Of a stretch of DNA of 64,000 nt, positions 47,174 through 60,063 are shown in pieces. Both the position numbers and the translations under genes were made by a program. The notes beneath the pieces were generated by a model. That model was given only the letters and a program-made list of their open reading frames with translations, was not told the origin of the DNA and did no database searches. Each line of letters opens with the position of its first letter. The first letter of the stretch is position 1. This DNA comes from Gordius albopunctatus (taxonomy: Eukaryota): NCBI GenBank assembly GCA_964276515.1, contig OZ193909.1, positions 806,001-870,000 on the forward strand, written 5' to 3'.

Positions 47174-48676
47174 CAGAGCTGTTAAAGTTCATCTATGATA
47201 CGAACTAGTTCAAGTTCATAGTTCAATTTTAAAAAATCATTAGTTCAAGTTCAAGTTCATTTTTTTTTCAAAAGTAACCAGTTCAAGTTCATGTAGGAAA
47301 AAATGTAACTAGTTCAAGTTAATAGTTCAATTTTACAAAAATAACTAGTTAAAGTTCAGTTCAAAGTTCAGTTCATTTTTTTAAATATGATAAAGTTTAA
47401 ATCTAATCCAATTTAGGAAATGATTCCTAAATTAAAATCAGTTTTTGTTGAGAGCTATCCAAAATTTTAAATAAATTTCATAGTTTATTTTATTATATAT
47501 TTGAAAATCTAATTCAAGGAAATATTTATATATAACAAAATCATCAACTATACAATGTTTAAAATCTTTATTACAAACAATATACAATTATAATATACAA
47601 TAAAAATCATGTGAAAGTAGATGTGAATTGGACTTTAATAAAATATTGTTCTCAAAATTATCGTTTAATAAACAAGTACGTTTATCTCCAAATATAAGCT
47701 TTCCCAGACTTAAAAGCCTTTCAACTGGAGCACTAGATGGAAGGCAAACATTAAATTTGATAAAAATTTGCTTTAGATTGGGAAATTCATCGAATACATC
47801 AAATGAGGTATTATTTAATTTAATATAGTCTTCAATTGTTTCTTTATTAGAATTCTCGCGTATTATATCAAAAAAATCTAAACCATTCTGTGTATCATGC
47901 ACCTCGATATTTTCAGTTGTTTGAGGCACTAATTGCCATTTGGGAATTTTGGTTATATAAAGGCCTGTCAATTAAGGCCTGTGTTAACTTTTTGTTAGCT
48001 TCACAACTTTTTCCAGCCTTATTCTTGACAGCCTTCTTAATCTCATCATGTTTTTGAAAGTGAGACACCTAGATTTTATATTATAAATTATAATAAGTTA
48101 TTCTTATTACCTTTATATGTCTCCATAAATTGGCTATTGAGGTTCTTGAAGCCGCCACAACTTTAGTGCATAGTTTGCACTTAACTTTGAATGAATCTTT
48201 ATCTGAAGATACATATTTGAAGTATACTTCCATTGAAGGCCAAGGTAAAAAGGTAGATTGAGCTGCCTCGTTCCTATTATCTACTTCAGAGCAAATACCC
48301 GAATCCCTAAGGGTATCCATCTTTTATAAAAATTTCTGTGTTTTTAAAATCAAAAATTCGCGGTTACTGTGTGTCTGTATGATTACCGACAAGACAATGC
48401 ACGTCAAATTGTTGATGCAAACACACTCGGCTTATAAATTTATTTTAAATAATATATTTGTGATAAACTAGTTCAATTACATTGTATAGTTCAAGTTCAA
48501 GTTCAGAATTAGAAAAAAAATAATTAGTTCAAGTTCAAGTTCAATCTTAAAAAAATGAACTAGTTCAAGTTCACAGTTCAAATTTTTGGGAAGGTAACTA
48601 GTTCAGTTCTAAGTTCAGAAAAAAGTGAACTAGTTCTATGAACTAGTTCAAAATGAACTAGTTCTTAACAGCTCTG
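47174..48676 (-). mobile_element. Internally deleted hAT transposon
   Basis: TIRs CAGAGCTGTTAA / TTAACAGCTCTG, perfect 8-bp TSD CCGTCTAT and AGTTCA subterminal arrays. BED zinc finger (KCKLC..NLWRH, 48111-48320) and hAT C-terminal dimerisation domain (LPSSAPVERLLS, 47588-47971). Confidence 0.95.
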
Positions 48677-50316
48677 CCGTCTATATAGATTTTTCTTTCT
48701 TTCGATGAAATCTTTAACCGATTGATCCCACCACCATAGTTCCCTATTCATAGCTTTGCCTCCTTTGGTCTGTCCTAGAACACGAATCGCTGTTTCCTTA
48801 ATGTCCTTAGATAGCGTCTCCCAATCGTCGTCTACCTCCCTTTGCAACTTCCTTGCACCCAAGAGTGAGCAGGCTTTTTGATGGTATTCTTTGTTCGTCG
48901 ACGTATCCTTTAGCCTTTTGTATCGAATTCGAGGTTCATAGAACTTTCTTCTTTCAGGAAATACTTTTCTGTCAAGATCCATAACAAGGGGACGATGTTG
49001 CCTGGCAATTTCTTCTCCTGGTATCACTTTGCAATCCTTGATACTCCATAAGTCCTTTCGCCGTATAAGCAAATAGTCGATTTGACTAAAATGCTTACCA
49101 CTTCTATAGGTCACAATATGATCTTCGCGCTTTTGAAAATAGGTGTTAACGATCGCCATGTCATATGCTTGGTATACTTGGAGAAGTTTTTCCCCTTCTT
49201 TGTTCTTCAGACCATGCCCATAGCCTCCATGATTGCGTTCATACCCGAGGCGATCTTTCCCTACGTGAGCGTTGAAATCGGCCCCGATAATTAGCCTTTC
49301 TTCCTGTCGGATTCCTTGTATTTCCTTTTCCAATGATTCGAAGAATATGTCTTTCTCTGATTCCGAACACCCAATTTGGGGAGCATACGCGCACATAACG
49401 GTTAGGAGGCCCCCTTGATCCGCAATCTTTACCCACATTAGCCTGTCGGAACAACGTTTGACTTCCACCACCTTGTCCTTGAACGATTCGCTTAGAACGA
49501 TACCGACCCCGTTTCTACGATTTGGTGACCCACTGTAGAAAAGCTTGTATCCTTCTCCTAATTCCCGAGCTTTCGTTCCGTTCCACCTCGTCTCTTGTAG
49601 GCAGGCGATGTGTACCTTTCTTCTTTTTAACATCTGTGCGACCTCGATGCTCTTCCCCGTCAACGTTCCCACATTCCAGCACGTAATTCGCATTCTTTCC
49701 ACAACTAGTTTCCTTAACCGCCTTCGTTGTGAGTTGGGTAGTAACCCTAGTGTATTTTTCACATTGCACGGGCGGGGTATGCAGTGCGCGTCGTTTGTGG
49801 AGGACGCCTTAGCCTTTTCTTGCAAATTCTTGTTTGAAACTATCATAATTTTGGATTTGATTTTTATAGCCGGTTTCGACCTGACGCCAACCCTCCAATT
49901 TTTGCACACGGACTTGGGACCTTCGTAGATAGTGTTGGTTCAATGAACATCTAGCGGCATTATATCGCTCAAACGCCTATTTAACCGCTATTTCAAATCA
50001 TTTTATTCAACAAAATCAGCGAAACAATTTGAAAACAACAATTTAAAAAAAACTTTATAATATTTCTTCATTAGAAGGTTAAACCCAACACTCAATGAAG
50101 ATATGGGTAAAGAGAACCTCTATCCATTTTTACATTATAATATTAACCTGCCTATAGAACGTTCTATTTAATTGTATTATTTTATTCTATTTATAAATTC
50201 ATTTTGTTTTAATCTAATGATGTCCTTGAATAGGATGAAATATTATTTTAATAATTATAATTATTTTTTAACACCCTATAATGCTCCTTTTAATAAATCT
50301 CTTAAAAATTATATAG

Positions 50317-51219
50317 AAAATTAAACCGCGTTCTAAAAAACTAAAAATTATTTTTCCATTTTTTTTGTTTAAATATATTTTAAGGTCTATTCTTACTATA
50401 GGAAAAAAATTTGGAGGGAAATAAGTAATAGTTTTCTCACAAATTAAGTTTAAAAAAACAAAAATCAAAAAAATTTCAAAAATGCCCGGGGCTAGTCATA
50501 GCCCATAGATTAACTCTGTCGTTTTCCCTTCTTATTAGTGTATGCTAATTAAAATCAATAAAAAGATTGTTACATTATACAAAAATGTAGAAAATGCAAA
50601 TGTAATATGATTGTATTTTATATAAAACAAATAAAAATGGGTCAAGATGACAATCTGACTTAAGAACACTAAAAGACGGATTTAGCAATAGAAAATTTTT
50701 TTAGGCGTTTTATAATGTATAATCATAATCTATTTCTATTCCAAATAACACTTAGTTAGATTATTAAACAAAATTTTTTGTTTTTTTAAATCTTGTCATT
50801 TGTAAAACACAATTAAAAATGGCTAGCAATAGCCCATTTCCAACTAGCCCGACCCCTATTTTCATAAACAATTAATAATTTAAGATGTTATATTGCATGT
50901 GTAAATTTAATCATTAGACGGTTTTTATATATAAAATCTCCCTTTATAAGATAAAGATTAAATTATTCCAAAATATTCAACCAAAAAAATTTTATGTGCA
51001 AAATAAAATTTTTTTGTAAAGGCTACTAATAGCCCCGAAAAAACGTTTTTCCTCAATGAAAATTTTAAATTTTATTTTCTCTAAACAAAAAAATGTTTGA
51101 CTCATACCTTATGGAAAAATATACATATGGTTTAAATTTTGATTTAATATCATTATTATTTTAAAAAATAATTAGAAAGATAATAGTAACCCCGGTCTAC
51201 GACTAGCCCCGGTCTCCTC
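50317..51219. mobile_element. Second, inverted copy of the 4769-5703 element with one end truncated
   Basis: Reverse-complement match over ~900 bp. The intact end is CCCCGGTCTCCTC|TA. Confidence 0.88.
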
Positions 51220-51695
51220 TAGTATACTTTTTTTAGGATACAATTAGTAAATTAAGTTAGTTACCTTAATGATAATAATTATATAACCTTATTTGGTATA
51301 ATCCCATAAATTTATTTTTACATAATTCAACCTTGAATCATTAAATTAACGCATTGTATAAAAGAGGGGCTACTTTAATTAATAATAATTTAAAGGGGAT
51401 CTGCTAAAGAGGGTGTGTAACAAAACAAATGTGCTAGAATAAGATTACTAAATTAATATAATACTTGTAGCAGGTTAAAAATACGCCAGGATATTTGTGC
51501 GCCTCAATTTGATTGGTTAAAATTATATTTGATAAATATGATTAGCGTGTGAATGTTTATAACACGTGGAGTAAAGGGATTTTTTATAGGTCTACTCATA
51601 ATATAAATAGACCACATTTATTAGAGATAATCAACAAAATGTTAAAAGGTGCATGCTTTACAATTTCGTACACTTTAAAACAGCATTTTATTATC

Positions 51696-54600
51696 TCATA
51701 CTACCACATCCCCTCGACCTGAGCTGAGTAAATATTTAAAGTGACGCCTAAATTTTGAGTCGTAGTGGTAGTAAATGAAGAAGTTGTAGACTAAACTGAA
51801 TGTGGCGAAAAATAGTAAGAGAACATTAACTCTTTCCGCATCATTCGTATACATCATCGGATAATATTTGAGGACCTTTAATAAAATATACTTTAAATTA
51901 TCATGATGACGTCATTTTACTTGTATGAGATAAAAGGTAAAAAATGGTATCCACGATATGAGGAATAAAATGTTTGCTATGAAGAGCATCTTAAATATGT
52001 TAACTTTAACTCTCTCAATCTGCCCAAATCTTCTCGCTGCACTTTCATCATTTATTATATTGGGAATGGTTAATGGCGGCGGATGAACTTTTGGGAGTGT
52101 TGTAATGTTTATTGTCGGATCATTTTTTGTACGGTCAATGGGCATACTTTCAGAGCACGCAACGCTACTGATCGTAGATTTTGGAGCAAAACTTACACCC
52201 TTCAAGACCTTTGCTATAATCACATAATTATGTATGATGAGGGCCGTAGGTAACAAAAATACTAGTATAAAATAAAGGGTTGAGTAAGTTATCATGACGC
52301 GTTTCGTGACTATACATCCGCAATCTACCATGAGGTAAAGATTCCAAACATCAATAGCTGTCCAGTTGGAAGCTAACAGCATTGGTTTATAATCCCACTC
52401 ATCATTAAATGGCATTACGTTCAAATCAAGGGTTGATAAATAACCGTATGGAACATGAGTACCTTTAATAGGTATGAAGGCCGCTGTATGAGGTTCTGGA
52501 TTTTGCGATAAAAATTTTTCAATTTTTTCCCATCGGCATTTTATAAAATTGGAGTTTATGTTAGAGGGATAAAGGCGATTTTGACTTAACGCTCTCAACT
52601 CATATTTTACCCAATCTTGTAGAGAGTAAAAATCAGTGCTATGATTGGCGACAACTAAGGAGTTTGCCAATGGTGCAGGCAAAAATTTTTCACAATGTCG
52701 TTGGGAGTCTTTTATTTCCCAATTCTTCCACAATTTGAAGGTCGAGAAGTGTTGAGCCGTCACGTGAGGTTCGGTTTGTACTTTGGGGGTTAGCATTAGA
52801 TAAGCTACATTATAAATGAAGAGATTGGGTAAGGCGATCAAAATACCGAGTATCCAACATAAAGTTGAGATAATATAGGCTTTTTTATATTTGCTCCGAT
52901 TGTTTCTAGAATTAAATCTACCGGAAGTTAAGAGTCCTCCACTGAGGTTAGAAACACAATTTTTGGTTACATTTAATCTTCCGTGAGATACCGCGAGCAT
53001 GAAAAATATTTGAACGGCAATACATAGGTTGGGTAAGAAATGTACAATTTTGCATAGCACGGTGCCTATTAAAATAAATTGACTTTAAGTTTAAAAAATA
53101 GTTTATGTATATGGTCTATTAAGAAGAAATTTATCAGCAAAATAAACATAACATATTGTTGTCCTAAACGATTATTTAACCAGCAATTCTTTTGAAATAG
53201 ACATTTAAACAAAATATAAGTAATTTGTTATGACAAGTTGACCTAAAGTTTAGTTCTGCGTATTGACACAGGTCCATTACATTAGAAGGCTTTTGATTCA
53301 TAGAAGCATTTTTTAGACAGTTGCTAAGTAAGGAATTTTTACATTAGAAGCGGGAGGAACATCTCTTAATGGGCGGATATGATTCGGGTTATAATCCATT
53401 AAAAAGTCGATATAATGTCTAGCACTCGATGTGTAAAACACTTTTTTAAAACCCTTTAGAGTTTAATTTTAAAGGTATTTGCGAGTTTTAATTAAAAAAT
53501 TCAACAGTGCACAGCGATACTTCCTTTATTTTTTTCAAATTTAGTAAAATGGCGACTTTTAGATATTTACTAGAACAACCTTCTCATGTTTGGTATCACC
53601 CTCATGGGCGTGACCAGGTGGTGGCAGGTAGGGATGGATGCCCCTAACAAATCTTAGAATTTTCATCAAATTATGTAATACATTTTTTTGCCCCTCCCTA
53701 AATCATGATTGCCGCCGCACCTCTTTAGTTCCAATCTTGGCTACTCCCATTGTCTTCCTTGAATATAAATTACAGGTAATTTTTTTGAAACTTTAAATGT
53801 CATTACTACCATGGTTATATATGGCGTTAACATTATTTTGTAGTGTATGGAATTATTCTCATTCAAGGGCGGGGTTAAATTATATACCAAAAACATTGGC
53901 TAAGTCTTAAGCCTAATATTCGAATAAGTAATTTGGAAACTTAAGAGGTACAGTCTTGTAATACTAAACATTTGGGCACAGCAAGCATAGTAATCAAGAG
54001 GGGATTGATTTAGGGAATGGCAAATTGATCATTTAAATTTTAGCCATAATTTTATTAAAGTTAAACAAAATTTTGGATTTAGAGGGAACAGCCTCCCCTC
54101 CATTACCTCCCTTCGCTACGCCCATGCTAAATATACTTATATTTAACAATGTTTTTAATATATTAATCAACAGGACTTGATTTGCGATTGTGCTCGAAAA
54201 GATTATGAGAATTACCTGAACTTAGCATCCAAAAGTTAATATTTTATAAATATAATAGTTAAACACTTGGGGGTTTCTTGCATTTGGTACTCACACACAT
54301 AGCCAACAACATTTAGCCTTGGAAATAAATTCTAATTCTCGTAACCTAATTGCAGTTGAAGTTAAATAATACCGGAGATTTTAAACTTGTTTATAACCAA
54401 AATAATATTTAGACTTAATAAATTGTAGTTTTAATATAATAAACTTTTGTAAAATACATACATTTTAATTGTCAGTATACCTTCAAAGTATTCCTTAAAA
54501 TGAGTTAAATCGTGAACGTTTTGAGGCAACACGATGGCTCCCATAATGAGCATGCATACCGTCATATTTTTAATATAAATGTAAGTGGAACCATGAAATT

Positions 54601-54697
54601 CTTTGGCACCAAATAGGACAATAATAATTATTATATTACAACCGACCCCAAATATCAAGAGAATTGAGAGCAATGCAAGGATCATAGTGTTGTTCAT
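51696..54697 (-). CDS. Class A (rhodopsin-like) orphan GPCR, ~513 aa, 3 exons
   Basis: Exons 54697-54481, 53065-51921 and 51875-51696. Seven hydrophobic segments; TM3 LCK, TM4 W..P, TM5 FLLP..Y, TM6 FLISWIPF, TM7 NFFIY, helix 8 KFR. Confidence 0.88.
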
Positions 54698-55140
54698 CGT
54701 TTTAAACCTAAATTAAGGCCTGAACCAAATGGATTTGTAAAGTAGTTGGTAATTGATGATGATAGATTAAGCAAGTGGCTGAAATAGCGAAGGTCAAGAA
54801 TTAAAGAATCTTAATGAATTTGAGTGCAAAAAGAGAAACAAAATGTAAAGAGTTGAAATATTATTAACTTATATAATAAAATCAATAGTATACATTTGTT
54901 GGCATTACCCATATACTGCATTACACCTTTTAGGATAATCCGCAAAATACTATCACATTCGACATATCCAAGATACCATAATTATATAGAGACACTAATT
55001 AGTAATTAGCATATCCTCTTCTCTCTTAATTAAAATATGTCAAACATCAAGGATTTTGTGTTGAGCTATTTGCCTCATTATTTTAACATAAAATTAAGAT
55101 GTAATTAATTATTAAAACAGTTAATCGTATTTGCATCCTC

Positions 55141-55294
55141 GGTGCCCTATCAACTCGCCGAAAACCATCTCGCCGAATTTAATGTCCTAAGGTTGAAAAA
55201 TGTCCCCTAATTTAAAATCGTCCCCATTCAACCAATCACAAAATGTCCCAGGATGAATTCGGCGAGATGGTTTTCGGCAAGTTGACGGGCCACC
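55141..55294. mobile_element. 154-bp MITE with 9-bp TSD (Mutator-like), copy 2
   Basis: Same sequence as 40868-41021, with a perfect TSD TGCATCCTC (55132-40, 55295-303). Confidence 0.9.
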
Positions 55295-56679
55295 TGCATC
55301 CTCTACTTTAAAAAAATCTTATTTTATATAATATTGATTATAAAACGTGTTGTATTTTCCTTCCTTTGACAGAATTTTATCACTATTATGCTATAGCGTC
55401 TTAAATGATGTAGGTTGATTAATGCGTAGGGCCAAGTATTAAATATTTATGGTGTATATATCGATGTTCTACCTATAGGCATATAATTAATAATAGAAAA
55501 TGGAGGAACATTAATTATTGATATATTCTAACTCATACCAAGATACAATATAATTAAACGTATTCCTATATAGGCAGTTACTAGTTAGTCTTGTTTAAAC
55601 ATTAGCATAAAGTATTTGTTGTTTAAGACTAGTTACGGTCTACGTATTTTGGAAGCCTTTCTAAGAACCATGATTTCATTTGCTTTAAGCAAGCCAATAA
55701 AACACTTTTATGAACTTTGTATTTTTGTAGAATATTAGCGACCTCTAAGTTTTTTCCATAATATGTTTGTGTTCACGAAATGTGACGATTTCAATCAAAA
55801 ACAAAGTGAATACAATTTCAATCTTTTGTGATAAGAAGGTGGGAAGTCAGCAAAGGGTTTCTAATGTATTTTACCATAATAATTCCTATTTATTTTAGTA
55901 AAAAGCTGGTGATATTTTCATTCTGGGCAGTTTATATGATTTAATATTCTCAGCTCTAACACATGAGCTCGATATTATTTTATAATTTGTCCAAAAATGA
56001 GTCTATATTTTTGAAACTCAAGATTACTTATTTGTTATTTTAAACACAGAGTTAATAGGATTATATAGTAAACGATAACATAATTAATCCGAAATATTAA
56101 GTTATATCAAATTAGAAAATTGGTTTATAAAGGACAAAGGCTTAAGTTCTATTTATTAGTAAGAGTTCTTAAAATTTTATAAAATACCAAATAAATTTAA
56201 AATCACGGAAAAAACAATAATAGAAATATGCATATAATATGTATAAGACAATGCGTCAAACATAAAAAAACGACTGTAATTCAAAATCATCAAGATAGTC
56301 TTCCAGCAGCCGCCATTTAAAAAATTCAATTCAGCAAAGCCCTTGTTATAGTAAAAAAGGGTATTAGACGTATAAGAAAATCGCCCTGATTCCTTAAAAA
56401 ATACTAAGGCCTGTTTGTCATGGGCGTGACAAAGGGGCAGCTGTCTCCCTCTAAATAAAAATATTTATTGAAATTTATTAAAATTATGGCCAAAATTAAA
56501 AAAATATTATTTTGCCCCTCCATAAATCATTATTTCCCCCTTTTAATTCAAATTCTGGCTACGGCTATGCTCTTTACCAAGTGTGTGTTAACACGAAACG
56601 ACAGAATGAAATGCTTTGTTTTAGTTGATTTTCAGCTACTCAAAAATATAGAAAATTATTTTTGTTAATAGTGGGAGGA

Positions 56680-56812
56680 AATAGGTCGGTATAAGTAAAG
56701 TTCCACTTAAAGTGAAAGCCATTGCTCAATTGAACTAACAGGAACACATGGGAGCGCTTTTGACCCTTCAGAGAGGAATCTGGTGACTCTAAAAAAGATG
56801 GGACTCACCCTT
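56680..56812 (-). pseudogene. Old CRE-like endonuclease fragment
   Basis: Translates approximately as LESPDSSLKGQKRSHVFLLVQLSNGFHFKWNFTYTDLF, against LEPSDPSLEGRMRPDGSSLIPWDKGLFLKWDYTCIDLF in the intact copy. Confidence 0.65.
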
Positions 56813-58034
56813 TTTTAAGAGCACTTAGATTAATGTTTTATCTTTATTATGTCCATATTTATATTTGTTTGCCAGAGAATATAGGGAATGGCTGGCTTGT
56901 TAATCCACGTGTAAATTGCAATTGAGACAAGGAAAGAGTTGGTAAAGTTGACGCATATAGCCCATTTCATATTTCTCCTCAGTGTGCCCAATCAGGCCAC
57001 CAAAATAATGTATTTTAGATTTCTATTCATTTTTATTAGGTGAATTTATTTTTGATGCTCATTTAAATATTCTTGGTGTTATAGATTAAAACCAGAGCAA
57101 AAATTAATACAGTATAATTTTTGCTAATTAATTGATGAAAACTAATGGAAGCAATGAATCACAGTAGCCTTCTTAGGAATTTCAAATGTTAAAATACACA
57201 AAGTAGCATATAGCATAGACTAAATATATCTTCACGCATTAGTATTAAATAAAGTAAATACTTACTTTAAAAATTCATCAAACCGAAGAAATTAAGCAGA
57301 AATCACGTAAATGACTAAACTGAAATGTTTATGGCGTTATAAAGGTTGTTAATATCTTATATATATACTATTTAACAAGCTCAGTTTAATAAAAAAATAG
57401 TTTGTGATATATAAGAAACATCTAGATGATCAAGATGGATTGCAAAATTTGAAATTTGTTAAAGGGAATTGAGGAGTTTATTAGTTTATGTACATGGGTG
57501 TCAATTAAACCCCTGAATAATTTTAAATATATTCTAATGTTCAATTTTGAATATAAGATAAAATGTATAAAAATTTAAATTTTAATGCCTATTTGCCATC
57601 CAAAAACCCCAAAGGTTGTCGTTTATAACTGTCAGTATCATAAGTGTAAATACAAATTATAAATGTTATGAGAAATTTGTAGGTCTAATGGTAAAAATAG
57701 TTAATGACATATGATTCATTTAACGTATATATGTAAAATGGGATGTATTATTTTCTAAATTTACCTATGTCAAAAATTGTCTTGTCATGTCCTTTTACAT
57801 GTTACGTAACTACCTATTGCTATTGTTAATGTAATTTTTTATAAATCACCATATAAAGAAGAAATGAGACTAATTTTTTTGTTTGTTAAAAAGTTTATTT
57901 TCACGAAACAAAGTTAACTAGCATTAATGGTATATGATGTTACTACGAAATAGGTGTAATATGCGGCAATACCTCTGCTATAGGTAATATTTTTCATATA
58001 GTAATAACAAATTCCGCCTTTTGTTAACTCACAC

Positions 58035-58951
58035 TAGAGGCCTGCAAAGTCACTTTTTTGTTTGTTAAAAAGTTTATTTTCAAGAAACAAAGTTACATTA
58101 ATAAGCGAAATACAAAAATAAAGACATATTGATTAAATACAAAGATCTATATCATTCTCTTCTAAAATGGGCCATGAGTCGGCAAAGGATTTAAAGTTGT
58201 ATCGTGCAACAAGAATCCCTAGTTGTTGCCTGAGTAAAAAGGACGCAGAAATTTTAGATTTCGGGCTGCGTTTTCCGATTTCTTTAAAAAACCCCATTGC
58301 CTGTTTGCCAAAGGAAACGGAGCACGTGGCAACGACAGGGATAAAAATATTGGATGCCAAAAGGGCAGAATACTTTGTAGTTTTACGCCCTTCTTCTGTA
58401 GCGATAGGGTCGTAATTAAAATGGGAAGGGGGGCAAAAAGGTGAATACAAGTAAAATCCCATTTGAGGGATAGGGAACCCGACCCGAAAGCGTTTTTAAG
58501 CAATAATAAATAATCATTTTTTACTATTTTACCTTTCGTGATTCAACTTTAAATTGAATATTTAAATATATCTTTATGTAGTTAAATTTATAATTTACTC
58601 TATGGACTATAAACAATAATAAATACTCATTTGTTAATATTTTACCTTTCATGATTCAGCTTTAAATTTAAATTTGCCTCCAAATTAAACGAATTAAAAC
58701 AAAAATAGGAAAGGAAATCGATTATATGAATGAATGATTATAATTAGTTATACAATTCGATATTGTTTTACAAAAATTATAGATAATAGCCATAATTTAA
58801 CAAATACTACGTTTAGTTCATTTTGTAATGTAAGATTCATATCCTTTGACCCGACTCTATAAATCCAACCCGATCCGACCCGAATGCATTCTAAAATTTT
58901 TAACCCGAACCCGAACCGAGTCGGGTTTCGGGTGACCCGTCCAGGCCTCTA
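58035..58951. mobile_element. hAT-like non-autonomous element containing a CRE-like 3' fragment
   Basis: TIRs TAGAGGCCTG / CAGGCCTCTA, TSD ACTCACAC / ACTCACCC and ACCCGA subterminal repeats. Confidence 0.8.
58054..58490 (-). pseudogene. 5'-truncated CRE-like LINE 3' end
   Basis: LKWDFTCIHLFAP, then a frameshift to EEGRKTTKYSALLASNIFIPVVATCSVSFGK..FLLRQQLGI, followed by AATAAA and an A-rich tail. Confidence 0.88.
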
Positions 58952-59105
58952 ACTCACCCCCCCCCCCCCATAGAAAAAAGTATCGCGTTGTTCCACCCCC
59001 CTTGAATTGTATACTTACTTTGTATGGAAAAGATTATATTTGAAACTGATCACCAAAAAATATTTATTAAATAAAGACAATAAATAAATTAATTATAATA
59101 AAATA

Positions 59106-60063
59106 TTAAATATGTGGCATAATATGATTTGGACATTTTATGCTAGGGCAGCAACTTGGGTACATAGCTGCTGACAACCCTTTCACCAGAACACAATGAG
59201 AATCTTTATCTATGCTCAGTTCTCCACACCTAATAATTATATAACTTTCTAATTAATAAAAATTTAGAAATGTTCTTCTATAATACCGTTCATCATTCAG
59301 TATTTCAATGTGGTTAAAGAATAATATTTATAAAAAGCTATTACATTGAAACTAAATTTATATTATCTTTTTAAATGATTAGATGTGTTTAAATCATAGA
59401 CTAATAGACTGCTCATTCCCTTTTAAAAAGTGTACCCCCTTTTGGCAGCCATTTTAATAAGTGAATCATGAATTTTGGCCAATTTAATGGTTTGGTAAAT
59501 TTTCAAAATCGCTACAATGATTAAAATGGGTTGTTTCATGTTATACGATTAATGATTATTGTCCCCAATGCAATCCATCGCTATACAAACTCTACTTCAC
59601 TTATCAAAATGGGGGTCGTTTTTGGCAACACTTTTGATGCGTGAATATATAAGAGATGAGCAGTATATTAGTCTTTGGTTTAAATATATATTGATTAGTT
59701 AAATTAACATTAAGTTTTGGAATAAAGAGATATTGAAATAAAGTTATAACATCAAAGTATACAACCTTTTCAATTTAAGATAATGCCGTAGACTATTATT
59801 CACAACTTTACACATTGTGTGATATAATTTTTAAACTTTTACTTCTAAAACATCTAATTTATAAAATATTACGTTTGACAGGTGTAATTATTTCCTGGCC
59901 CTTGACAAAAGCATTTTCCACAAACTTTATCCATAATCCATGTTTGAGAGATTTTATATTTTTTACCGCTTTTTGAAATACACATTTCATCTTTTTTGTT
60001 AGTCTGGATACTAATTTGGAATAGCCATTGCATAAAAAGGATAATACAAATTATATTTAACAT
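59106..60063 (-). CDS. Small secreted single VWC-domain (SVWC/La1/Vago-like) protein, 104 aa, 2 exons
   Basis: Exons 60063-59873 and 59229-59106 (phase 2, GT-AG): MLNIICIILFMQWLFQISIQTNKKDEMCISKSGKKYKISQTWIMDKVCGKCFCQGPGNNYTCQTCGELSIDKDSHCVLVKGLSAAMYPSCCPSIKCPNHIMPHI*. Confidence 0.85.

Larger units (their letters stand above)
43244..49936 (-). mobile_element. TSD-bounded, apparently full-length RTE-clade LINE (APE endonuclease + RT), inactivated by three insertions and frameshifts
   Basis: ORF pieces 48685-49909 (WNVGTLTGKS, CLQETRW, GADFNAHVG, SQIDY), 46512-47173, 46230-46500 (FIDLEKAYDTVPR), 45084-45844 ([21 protein letters not shown]) and 43258-43360. (GAA)n 3' tail at 43244-43255. 16-bp TSD GGTTCAAGGAACATCT (43228-43243) / GGTTCAATGAACATCT (49937-49952). 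Confidence 0.95.
42935..50245 (+). mobile_element. Degenerate Penelope-like element (RT and GIY-YIG relics) split by the RTE insertion
   Basis: The left flank gives MKNVYFKYNG (RT-like) and a frameshifted CNNFY..ETKRNFITRFKEHL. It resumes after 49952 with AALYRSNAYLTAISNHFIQQN..IRRLNPTLNEDMG. Outer limits are approximate. Confidence 0.72.

Noticed and set aside
16984..54697. Neuropeptide precursor and orphan GPCR as a linked ligand-receptor system
   Set aside because: They are 30 kb apart, with unrelated genes and an assembly gap between them. Nothing in the sequence links them.
59740..59855. Possible alternative second exon of the SVWC gene (MCKVVNNSLRHY)
   Set aside because: No acceptor puts it in frame without an early stop, and it lacks the CC motif.
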